From Octopus bimaculoides (lineage: Eukaryota), in assembly GCF_001194135.2 (NCBI RefSeq), contig NC_068990.1:72153150-72196332 (forward strand): a stretch of DNA of 43,183 bases, read 5' to 3'. The notes beneath the pieces are model-generated. The model made no database searches and had not been told where the DNA came from. It saw only the letters and a list, made by a program, of their open reading frames with translations. The position numbers were made by a program, and so were the translations under genes. Every line of letters starts with the position of its first letter. The first letter of the stretch is position 1. Shown here one piece after another: positions 33,940 through 43,183 of this stretch.

Positions 33940-34579
33940 CCATGCACACACATATATTTATATGCAGACATCTTTTTCTTTTCAGAAAACAATAGGAATG
34001 AGATATTTCAATAAGAATGGTGTATTTCTTTCTCTATGTCTGTAAGAAGTAATAAGAGAGAAAGAGAGAGAGAGAAATGGTTTATTTTTAGCAAGAATTT
34101 GAAAATATTTATTAGAAATATGAAAAAGAGAATAAAAAATAAAATAAAGAAAAGACAATGAAAGATGTTTTGATATTATCAGTAAAGTGGACTGCTTGAA
34201 ATGAAATATCAGCAATTTTAATTACATTTCTGGCTTGGAGGTAATATAAATTGTGAATGTACAGCGATTATTAACACAAATAAAAGCATGTGTAAACTGG
34301 AATGATAGAGGAATTGTTTTACTTTTTTTAATTTCTGGTTATCAGATAAGTTTAGTCTAGGTTAATAATATGTCTTGCTTGTATCTGACTGATATACTTT
34401 ATACCTCAGGGGAAAGACATCGAAGAAGGGAGTGCATTATTGGGGGGAAGAAGTTCTTTCAGAAATTGTTACACTTTTTTATTTTCCTGACATGTCTTAG
34501 ATAATAACACTTTACTTTCTTTACAGCGTTTTTATGGCTCATGGCCAAAATCTGAATATGTTAACTATTTAACTATTTT

Positions 34580-35740
34580 TTTTTTTATTACAATGCACAA
34601 TTCTTGCATTTCAAATTTAAGATTGCTCTAATATTCAGCAAGTCTATTCTGGAATTGGTTGTTTTGTTTCAGCAACCTCCTTTAGGAATTGATTTCTGTT
34701 CAAGATTTGTTGTCTTCTTAGCTTGTTGCAGTGCTTCTTAAAGAATTTTTTTTGCATGGCTTCTTGTTAACTGAAGGAATTCTTCTAAAATCTTGTCTGT
34801 CTGAAGTTGACATATTTTACCTGGTGAGTATATAAGAAGGATGCAAAGTTTCTTCTGACCAACCTTATATAGCAGGCCTTTTCAAAGTTGTAGTGAATTC
34901 AGTGGCATTCTTTTTATAAAATATTTTCTATAACGATATGATATGTGGGTAGCAAATGATGTTACCATATTGAAAGAATGGTTTTATCATAATCTTGAAG
35001 TATGATGGAATGGTATTTTTGTTGATTCACAAGAAAAAACAAAAAAACATTTTAGTTGTTGCAAGAATGATGTTATGAATTTTCACTATGGATGTAGTTA
35101 GTTTATGGAATTTATTAATGATTACATTAGAATATTTCGTTTTCACAGTTTCAAAAACAAGGTTCTTCTTTTCCTTAGAACGTTTAAATTCTTTGAGTCT
35201 AAATGTTAGAATTTACATTTTTCACATTCAAGGATAATTACCACCAATTTTATCAAGCTTTCCGTTGATTTGAATCTCCTTGCGTCATCTCAGTGCTCTT
35301 ATTATCCTCTCCAAGCTTCTCTATATTAATATCATCTATAAAAAGTTGCAAATGTTTTCAATTGATGATAGCAAATCATTTACGAAGACAACAAATAAGG
35401 TTGGTCTATCACAGAAGCTTGCAGAATACTCCTGTTATTTACTTCTTGGCAGAAACAAGCATCACTGTTAATATATATATATTTTGTCTTCTTCCAGCAA
35501 TAATTTAACTGATCCACATTTTAATATTTCCCCAGATATCCAATTTTCCTGGATATTCAAAATCCAAATCCTTGGTAGAGAGACTGAATTAAAATATTTG
35601 ATAGCATTCATTATAAGTGATTACATAAATGTCAAGGGGACAAAAAAATTATGCAATGAACTTACAGTTGTTTCTGTTACAAGACGCAATGCTTTCATAG
35701 TGATGCCCACATAATGACCAATGTCAACCTATTAGAATCC
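34580..35740 (-). mobile_element. CR1/L2-type LINE reverse transcriptase and C-terminal region, heavily decayed
   Basis: Minus strand, multiple frameshifts: GNIKMWIS.IIAGRRQNIYIN (W...FL..R.Q.V), SILQASVI (GVPQGSVLGP), TLFVVFVNDL, F.DD (YADD equivalent near 35331-35345), LNVKKCKI, KIMIKPFFQYGNIICYPH (VRP.LEY...WSP), TRSHAKK (TRGH..KL). Confidence 0.85.
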
Positions 35741-35821
35741 ATTATAACATTTTTTGGTCAAGCAGAATACTATTTTTTATAGTGAAGGGGTATAGTTGAT
35801 TGAATTAAAACCAGTATATTA

Positions 35822-36565
35822 TCGAAATTTTCCAGGAAGTGGATTTTAAATCCTCCGAACTTTCCAGGAAATCCTTAGAATTTTCCAGGAAGCCGATCTT
35901 AAATCCTCGGAACTTTCCAGGAAATCCTCGGAATTTTCCAGGAAATCGATCTTAAATCATCGGAACTTTCCAGGAAATGAATGGAATTTTTCAGGAAGTC
36001 GATTTAAAATCCTTGGAACTTTCCAGGAAATCCTCGGGATTTTCCAGGAAGTCTATCTTAAATCCTCGGAACTTTCCAGGAAGTAATTCCTCCCTTCCTT
36101 TCCCTTCCGTGGAACATTCCAGATATCCCTCGGAGGTTTCAAGCAAATTCCATCCCGGAACTTTCCAGGAAATCTTCGGAACTTTCCAAGAATTTTCAGG
36201 AAATTTCCAGTACGTCCCATCCTCAGAACTTTTCAGAAAGCATTTCCTCCCCTTCCTCGGAACTTTCCGGGAAATAATTCGCCCCTACATCCTCGGAACT
36301 TTCCAGGAAGTAATTCATCCCCTCCTTCCTTTCCTTGGAACTTTCCAGGAACTATTTCCTCCCTCTCATCGGAACTTTCCAGTAAATAATTCCTCCCCTC
36401 CTTTCCTTCCTTGGAACTTTCCAGGAAGTATTTCCTCCACTCCTCGGAACTTTCCGGCATGTAATTCCTCCCCGTCTTCCCCTTCCTTGGAACTTTCCAG
36501 GAAGTAATTCGCCCCTTCTCGGAACTTTCCAGGAAGTAGTTCCTCCCTCTCCTCGGAACTTTCTA
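35822..36565. repeat. Minisatellite with core CGGAACTTTCCAGGAA; 53 bp dimeric unit then 32-45 bp pyrimidine-spaced units
   Basis: Unit starts at 35852, 35905, 35958, 36011 and 36064 (exact 53 bp period). About 15 exact TTCCAGGAA by hand count, plus TTCCGGGAA and TTCCAAGAA variants. Confidence 0.95.
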
Positions 36566-36662
36566 TAGTAGCCAAATCTCCCTACTGTATTAATGCGACA
36601 ATTCTGCGTACCATGTAGTTTGAATGTGAAACTGTAAGGTGTGTGAGCAACTGGTTGAGTTA

Positions 36663-36714
36663 ATGGTCAAAGAAAGGAGAATTGCATTCAAAAAAGTTTT
36701 AATCGATGTTCTCG
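36663..36714 (+). CDS. Candidate first coding exon MVKERRIAFKKVLIDVL(x)
   Basis: ATG 36663, 17 codons plus 1 nt, consensus donor CTCG|GTAAGT at 36715. No good upstream acceptor; no homology recognised. Confidence 0.25.
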
Positions 36715-36744
36715 GTAAGTATTTTAACCTTTTTTTTTATATCA

Positions 36745-36960
36745 ACCCATGTCTTGCAAGTTACTTGGTGATTTCACTGTGGCTGGTACCACGTATAAAA
36801 GCACCCAATATACACTGTGAAATGGTTGGTATTAGGAATGGGTATCCAGCCAAAGGAAATCATGCCAAAGCAGGCAGCAGAGCTTGGCATAGTGTTCTGG
36901 CTTGCCAGTACCTGTCAAACTATCAAACCCATGCCAGTTTGGAAAATCGACATTGAATAA
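36745..36960 (+). mobile_element. SINE-like family C copy with long (GAT)n tail
   Basis: ctggtaccacgtataaaagcac...tggttggtattaggaatgggtatccagcc...ctgtcaaactatcaaacccatgccag...; reverse of 41230-41525. Confidence 0.85.
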
Positions 36961-36962
36961 TA

Positions 36963-37009
<47 letters not shown>

Positions 37010-37043
37010 AATGATGATGATGATAATGATGATGATGATGACA

Positions 37044-37074
<31 letters not shown>

Positions 37075-37147
37075 CGATGAATATGATGATGAAGAGGATG
37101 GTGATAACGATGATGATGATGACAATGATGATGAAGATGATGATGGT
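36961..37147. repeat. (GAT)n microsatellite (tail of the family C copy)
   Basis: Directly visible; it produces the poly-D, poly-M and poly-H ORFs. Confidence 0.95.
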
Positions 37148-37592
37148 GAAATATTATTGATAACATATATCTATTGCAAATATACAAATAAGAAATTTGC
37201 TTTTATCTAATTTCATTTCAGTTTAGTTATATATTGTTATTGATATTTCTACTAATATTTATTCTAAAGGGCTTGTGATTGTCTTTGTAGCTGTATGTGT
37301 AACATCAATTTAGTGGAAAGCAAAACGTTCGAGGTGTTAACATATGTCATTGTCTGTTTAATAGAGAAGCAGGGTTTAAGTAGATGTAACTTACCCAAGG
37401 ACATAACACAATCGATGTATTGAAATATGAACTCATGAACTGTGAGGTCTGATATCATAGTTACCATCCACGTGGCCATTGTATCTTTGTAAATTAATTA
37501 TTGTAATGACAATACGTGTGGGTGTGTGTTGGTGTGTGTTGGCCATGTGCGTGGGTGTATATATGTGTTTGTATGTAGCTACATAAGTGTAA

Positions 37593-37624
<32 letters not shown>

Positions 37625-37949
37625 CACACAGACACAAATTTTCAATAACAAATGTCAGCATGATAGAGAATAAATATTTTCTTATATTTATGTATAATTC
37701 AGGGTAAGTGTGTGTGTATATGTATGTGTATGTGTGTGTGTGTGTGTGTGTGTGCATGCGTGTGTATGTATGTATACATAAATATATAATATATATATAT
37801 ATTGATAGATGTATCATCATCATTTAACGTCCATTTTCTATGTAGATGTGTAGGTATAAATATGTGTATGTATGTGCGTGTGTGCGTGTGTGCGTGTGCA
37901 TGTGCATATGTATGAGTACATGCATGTATATATATATGTAGCTATATAT

Positions 37950-38006
<57 letters not shown>

Positions 38007-38028
38007 NNNNNNNNNNTACATACATACA

Positions 38029-38098
<70 letters not shown>

Positions 38099-38612
38099 TA
38101 GGTATCTCTATACATAATGTATAGAACTGGATCATTAGTCATTTTTAATATTGAATCTTACTTATTTCCTCAGGTTTTTTGATGAGTCATCAAGTTTTGG
38201 CAACAAATTCTAATTTGATGTGATACATAAATAGTTCAAAGTAAGCATTGGAAATTACTTATGCTGTTTGTAGTTGTGGAGGTCAACAAGTTCAAGTCAA
38301 TGCTGTGAAAATGTCACTTACAGTAGATGCCAGGAGGGTCACAAGGGAACACGATACTCAAGAGCAGCAAATTGTATAGAATAATGAGGCGCAGAAGGTG
38401 TGAGGCTAAGGTGTTGGAATATTGGGTGCAGGGTTCCTCTAATGACACACAAATCTATTCTCTTCTCTGAACTTTGTTGCACTGAATTTCTGTTTGACAC
38501 AGATGACCCTTCTATTGGACAATGGTGCAGATTGTCTCTTGCTATTCTATAATCATGATTGAATTTGAAGTTAGTTGTATAAGCTAATATAAAACATTCA
38601 CTAATTTTCCAG

Positions 38613-38632
38613 AGCCATTTCTGTTTACAGTG
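38613..38632 (+). CDS. Candidate 20 nt microexon (phase 1-0)
   Basis: Branch-like cactaat, ttttccAG acceptor at 38611-38612, donor GTG|GTGAGT at 38633. Phase-compatible with 36663-36714, giving ...DVL-E-PFLFTV. Confidence 0.25.
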
Positions 38633-39034
38633 GTGAGTTATATCTACAAATGATACCTGTTCGTGCATCTAGGGAGACTGGGTTATTAGAATGTTAAGTA
38701 TATTTATCACAGATATAGTTCAGTACAAGTGATAGACTATAAATGACCAACATTTCTGTTGGTAACCCATAAATAAATGACATTGTTGTTTGTAAAAGAC
38801 ATTAATTTCTTCTAAAACTAGAAGTGAAGTATGGAGTTTCATAGATCCTTTTGAAAACTGAGGTTAATCCTCAACACTAGTACTTCATTGTGGTTCCTGT
38901 AACATAAAACAAATGAGAGACAAATTTTTCCCTGGATAGGATGTCAGCTTATCACAAGACATTCTTCCAATCAGAGGAACTGGGACTAGTATTACAAACT
39001 AAGAACCATCTATAAATATTATGGTATATTAGTT

Positions 39035-39250
39035 TGGTGGTGAGCTGGCAGAATCATTAGTTTGCCAGGCAAAATGCTTAGTAGCATTTCGCCTATCTTT
39101 ATGTTCCAAGTTCAAATTCCACCAGGTCCACTTTGTCTTTAATCCTTTCAGGGTTGATAAAATAAGTACAAGTTGAAATCTGGAGTTGATGTTATTGACT
39201 TATTCCTCCTCCCAAATTGCTGGTCTTGTGCCAAAATTTGAAATCAATAT
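39035..39250 (+). mobile_element. SINE family B (B1), full length
   Basis: ggtggtgagctggcagaatcattag (A-box-like), agttcaaattcc (B-box-like), gataaaataagtac, cttgtgccaaaatttgaaa. Confidence 0.9.
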
Positions 39251-39254
39251 TGTG

Positions 39255-39450
39255 GTGTATTAACAGAATCATAAGTGTGTTGGACAAAGTGCTTTGTGCC
39301 ATTTTGTCATATGCCTTTATATTCTGAGTTAAAATCCTGTGGTGAAATTTTCCTTTCACCTTCTTGGGGTTGTTAAAATAGGTGCCAGTCAGCTATTAGG
39401 ATCAATATAATTGACTGTTCTTACCTGTAAAATTTTCAGGCTTTTATTTA
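39255..39450 (+). mobile_element. SINE family B, degraded, in tandem with the previous copy
   Basis: cagaatcataag...ttctgagttaaaatcc...tttcacc...gggttgttaaaataggtgccag...ggatcaatataattgact. Confidence 0.7.
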
Positions 39451-39757
39451 TGTAAGGAATCTGGTTAGCAACAAGCATCAACATGCTAATGAAGATCTAG
39501 CTATGTAATGGAATAACTCAGACAGTTCTGTATAGCAGTGTGACATGAACATACTCCACCAATGGACACATAAAAATATAAAAAATAATATACTCTTATG
39601 CTCCCACCACTTCATATCAACCTTTAACAACCCTAACTCATAAATCTAAAAATAATTATGAACCAAAAACTGTAACCCTCATTTTCATTTTCAAAGCAAA
39701 ACAAAAACACAAAACAAATCAAAACAAAAAAAAAAACAACAACTTATTAATGTTATA

Positions 39758-39918
39758 GGTGCAGGCATGGCTATGTGGTAAGAAGCTTGCTTCCCAACCT
39801 CATGGTTTTGGGTTCAGTCCCACTATGTGGCACCTTGGACAAGTGTCTTCTACTATAGCCTCAGACTGACCAAAGCCTTGTGAGTGGATTTAGTAGATGG
39901 AAACTGAAAGAAACCTCT

Positions 39919-39961
<43 letters not shown>

Positions 39962-40177
39962 GTTTGTGTGTGTCTGTGTTTGTTCTCCTACTATCTCTTG
40001 ACAACCAATGTTGGTGTGCTTATGTTTCAGTAACTTAGTGGTTCGGCAAAAGAAACTGTCAGAATAAGTACTAGGCTTACAAAGAAAATGTCCTGGGGTT
40101 GATTTGTTTGATTAAAGGCGGTGCTCCAGCATGGCTGCAGTCAAATGACTGAAACAAGTAAAAGAATAAAAGAATAA
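39758..40177 (+). mobile_element. tRNA-derived SINE family A, full-length reference copy with internal (TA)n
   Basis: A-box-like TGGCTATGTGG 39768-39778, B-box-like GGTTCAGTCCC 39811-39821, core ccttggacaagtgtcttctactatagcc, internal (TA)n about 39920-39960, 3' end gcggtgctccagcatggctgcagtcaaatgactgaaacaagt and (AAAAGAAT) tail. Confidence 0.93.
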
Positions 40178-40894
40178 TGCATGTTTACATGTCGCCGGCT
40201 CTCATCTGATCCCTGAAGTTAATCAATATCAAACCTAATTAGTACTTAGATGTTTGACCACTTGGGAAACCTAGGTACTGTAAGCATCTCACATGTTTCC
40301 ACGGTGGTGCCTTGACTAAAACAGATGACTGAAACAAGTAAAAGAAATAAAAGAAAAAAATCTAATATAATAATGATCAGAGTGTTTTGATATATTTGTA
40401 TATATATATATTTGTCCAGAATCATGCTGGATGTGGAGGAGGAGAGAAAATAGTAATTCAGTGAAGGAGGAGTAGTGAGAGTAATAGCCCTGACTGAGAG
40501 GGAGTGAGAAAAAGTAATAGCAAGAGAGAAAGGAAGGGGTGATAGATGAATAAGGAAGGAAGGGGTGACAAAAAAAAAAACCCCAGTGTTTCAATGCTGT
40601 GTGAGTATATGTGTGTATGTGTATGTGTGTACAAGGGAAGTATGTGAATGTTTGTATTGTGATTATTATATACCTTATTTATATATAAAATACTGCAATT
40701 AGCCGTCATCATTGATGACACATGGTCAGCTAGAATTTCTATAATTTATAAACTCTTGATCTTCCAACATCATCATTACCATGAAGTTGAAATGTGTCTA
40801 AGTAAGCTAATTAAATTGGTGAACTACACCACACTGGAGGAATACCAACTTAATTATTTGGTTGACTTAGCAATTGAAATCTGAGTGTCTAGGC

Positions 40895-41156
40895 CAGTGG
40901 TTCTCAATTAGGGTCCATATGGCCCTTGTCGGGTATCCATTTACGATTCTATTGTTAAAATATCTATGTGCAATAAATTACTTACACTTCTTACAATACA
41001 CAAATTTTAAAAATAATTATTTATATACAATTTCTAATAATATTTAATTTAAAAAATATAATAAGGACTTTTTTAACATTGAATGCTTAGAAGGGTCCAT
41101 CAGATTAAAATAGGAATCAAAGGTATCCATGGGTTAAAAATGCTCTAGAAACGCTG
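40895..41156. mobile_element. hAT/Charlie-like MITE
   Basis: Starts CAGTGGTTCTCAA; ends tctagaaacgctg (9/13 TIR match). Left flank GTCTAGGC fits the Charlie target preference NTCTAGAN, but the right-hand TSD does not match. Confidence 0.55.
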
Positions 41157-41229
41157 GAGGCCTTTGACACAATACTGATGACAAGAAATGAACTGCTGAC
41201 CTTGTCAGTTGGTCTATTGACACCACCAC

Positions 41230-41525
41230 CACCACCACCATCATTTAACGTTTGTCTTCCATGCTGGCATGGGTTGGATGGTTTGACAGGATCCGACCAG
41301 GTAGAAGACTATACCAGGCTACTGTGTGTGTTTTGGAATCGTTTTTTTTACGGCTGGATGCCCTCCCTAACATCAATCACCCCGTAGATTAGACTGAGTG
41401 CTTTTTATGTGGCACCAGCACAGGTGAGGTCAGTTTTGGGATGGTTTTTACAGCTGAATGCCCTTCCAAATGCCAACCACTTCACAGTGGCTGCATCAGC
41501 AGGGCCACCAAGTTACTTGCAAGAT
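41230..41525 (-). mobile_element. SINE-like family C copy with internal duplication
   Basis: catttaacgtttgtcttccatgctggcatgggttggatggtttgacagg... The block tttttac(g/a)gctg(g/a)atgccct.cc.aa...caa.cac occurs twice (about 41344 and 41444). Confidence 0.85.
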
Positions 41526-41613
41526 AAGGAATTCTGAGAGGGGCGGGTGGCATTAGAGGAGGTGATCTTGTGTCAGATGATGAAAAATTAGAGTGTGACA
41601 GAGAGACAGAGAG

Positions 41614-41950
41614 GCAGAAACAGGTGTCCTGCTATAGAGGAGGTACATAGTTACCTGGTCAAGAGAGAGAGAAAGAGAGAAAGGGAGAGAGAGAGAGAGA
41701 GGCAAAGGGAGAAAGGAAGAGAGAGAGAGAGAAGGAGAGGAAGAGAGTGGAAAAGAGAGAGAGAGAGAGAGTGGTAACAAGAGGACAGAAACAGGTGTGC
41801 TGCTGTAGAGGAGATACATGGTTACCCAGCCAGAATGAAGAGCAAGGGAAAGAGGAAGAGAGAGGAAGAGAGAGGAAGAGAGGGAGAGAGAGGAAGAGAG
41901 GGAGAGAGAGGAAGAGAGGGAGAGAGAGGAAGAGAGGGAGAGAGAGGAAG
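41614..41950. repeat. Duplicated about 50 bp unit, each copy followed by a purine tract; 18 bp tandem GAGGAAGAGAGGGAGAGA
   Basis: cagaaacaggtgt.ctgct.tagaggag.tacat.gttacc at about 41614 and 41786; pure-purine run about 41844-41950. Confidence 0.85.
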
Positions 41951-42015
41951 TGGGAGACCGCAAGAGTGCAAACAAGAGAGAGCAGGAGAGAGAGAATGGC
42001 GAAGTGCCATTCTCA

Positions 42016-42098
42016 TTGTCATACAATGGTAATGCACCCTTGTCATACAATGGTAATGCACCCTTGTCATACAATGGTAATGCACCCTTGTCATACAA
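42016..42098. repeat. Perfect 24 bp tandem repeat, about 3.5 copies
   Basis: ttgtcatacaatggtaatgcaccc at 42016, 42040 and 42064, plus partial ttgtcatacaa at 42088. Confidence 0.97.
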
Positions 42099-42290
42099 GT
42101 GAGGTTGTTCATTTCCAGTTTTCTGTGAAAGACATGTCTAACTGTAGGAAAACAATTACTTTGCTTGGAAACAAAGATGAGGGTTGGTAATGATGTTAAT
42201 TTGAGGACGGGCATCTGGCCATAGAAAATATACCTCAATAAATTTCGTCTGACCCAGTGCAAGCATGGAAAAGTAGACGTTAAATGGTGA
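42088..42290 (+). mobile_element. SINE-like family D copy with GAT/GAC/AAC tail to about 42378
   Basis: Homologous to 7925-8150 (ttcatttccagt, ttgcttggaaaca, gggcatc, gcaagcatggaaaagtagacgttaaat). Confidence 0.85.
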
Positions 42291-42420
42291 TGATTACGGT
42301 GATGATAATGACAATGACAGTGACGACAACAACGATGACAACAACAATGATGATGATGCTGCTGCTGCTGATGATGATGTGTCTAAGAATTAAAACAGAT
42401 GAGATTAACATTTCTCATAA

Positions 42421-42660
42421 TGTCATTAGCATCATTGTTTGATTTAGACTTAGAATAGAAGAGATTGTAATTTCTATTATTGTCATTATCTGATTTAGAA
42501 TTAGAATTCTCAGTCAGTGATATGTCTGAGATTTAGAACAGAAGACATAGATTAGAATTTCATTTGTTGTCATCATTTGGCTTTTAGAATTAGAATTCTG
42601 AGCGATGTGTCTTAGATTTAGAATCAAAGAGAGATTAGAGTGTCTTTACTGTGGTCATTG
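42421..42660. repeat. Degenerate tandem repeat, about 86 bp unit, TTAGAA-rich
   Basis: gtcat anchors near 42481, 42568 and 42653; ttagaattagaattct occurs in two successive units. Confidence 0.7.
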
Positions 42661-43025
42661 TACATGAAACAGATGTTTTGCAGTGTTTATTCCAAATTCT
42701 TTCATACTTGGTTCAAATCCTGATGAGGTCAACTTTGTCTTGTCTTTTATCCCTCTGGGAGGTGGATAAATAACATATTAGGATGATGGACTGATGAGAT
42801 TCTCCAAGTGTTGCCTGGGATGTCTTGCATCAATTGTTCTCTCTTGGAGTTCTGAGTTCAAATCCCACCATAGTCTACATGGGTGGTAAACCATTGCCTG
42901 GTTTAATGCCACCTACTGGACTTTAAGGGCCTTTAGTTGAGTATGACCTGTAGTAAAAATTCAGGGCAATCACCATTTGTTTGTGGGAAGGAGGGAGCGA
43001 GGGTGATGGTTTCCTCTCCACACCT

Positions 43026-43118
43026 CTATGTCTCTGTCTCTGTCTGTCTGTCTCTGTCTGTCTGTCTGTCTGTCTGTCTCTATCTGTCTGTCTGTCTCTG
43101 TCTGTCTGTCTGTCTGTC

Positions 43119-43151
<33 letters not shown>

Positions 43152-43183
43152 GTCTGTCTCCGTCTGTCTGTCTGTCTGTCTGT
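43026..43183. repeat. (TCTG)n microsatellite to window end
   Basis: Directly visible. Confidence 0.95.

Noticed and set aside
34810-34830. Strong donors on both strands (CTG|GTGAGT, CAG|GTAAAA)
   Set aside because: They lie inside the CR1-like LINE remnant.
35822-36565. CRISPR-like appearance (constant core with variable spacers) and ORF 35977-36507
   Set aside because: Spacers are short and themselves repeated, the context is eukaryotic and no cas genes are present. The ORFs are by-products of a stop-poor repeat.
38322-38668. ORF 38339-38668 and an alternative 117 nt exon ending at T|GTAAGT
   Set aside because: Weak acceptor, no recognisable motif, several frames partly open on both strands; undecidable.
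39415-39445. Recursive-splice-like TTTTACAG|GTAAGA on the minus strand
   Set aside because: Poor pyrimidine tract and located in a degraded SINE B copy.
39758-39830. tRNA gene
   Set aside because: A- and B-box-like motifs belong to SINE heads (families A, B, E); no cloverleaf or discrete tRNA end was found.
978-43183. Dozens of ORFs rich in YI, HT, CV, LSIY, poly-N, poly-D, poly-M or X
   Set aside because: They are translations of TA, CA, TCTA, AAT and GAT microsatellites or of N gaps; no coding signal.

Overview
Eukaryotic, AT-rich, repeat-dominated DNA with about 4.2 kb of N gaps (13 gaps). The microsatellite load and SINE families suggest a coleoid cephalopod, probably Octopus; this is inferred from recalled repeat sequences and is not verified. 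No intact protein-coding gene, rRNA, tRNA gene or CRISPR array is supported. The window holds decayed transposases (Tigger/pogo, two mariners, two hAT pieces) and LINE fragments (CR1-like, RTE-like, and an R4/Dong-like element with a restriction-like endonuclease). It also holds five SINE-like families (my labels A-E), TTAA-flanked and hAT-type MITEs, several fold-back hairpins and minisatellites. A few splice-signal-bounded exon candidates are present; the best is a plus-strand terminal exon with an EF-hand-like peptide at 9092-9169, but the host gene cannot be identified. Most notable: (i) a 2.8 kb cluster of same-orientation SINEs plus a Dong-like LINE nested in (TAA)n tracts; (ii) a 750 bp minisatellite built from overlapping STAT-, Rel- and ETS-like motifs just upstream of a candidate exon; (iii) a 173 bp fold-back carrying hammerhead-core-like words. 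Nothing here proves a new biological system. Almost all long ORFs in the supplied track are microsatellite or gap artefacts. Repeat boundaries were read by eye and are approximate unless TIR/TSD positions are stated.
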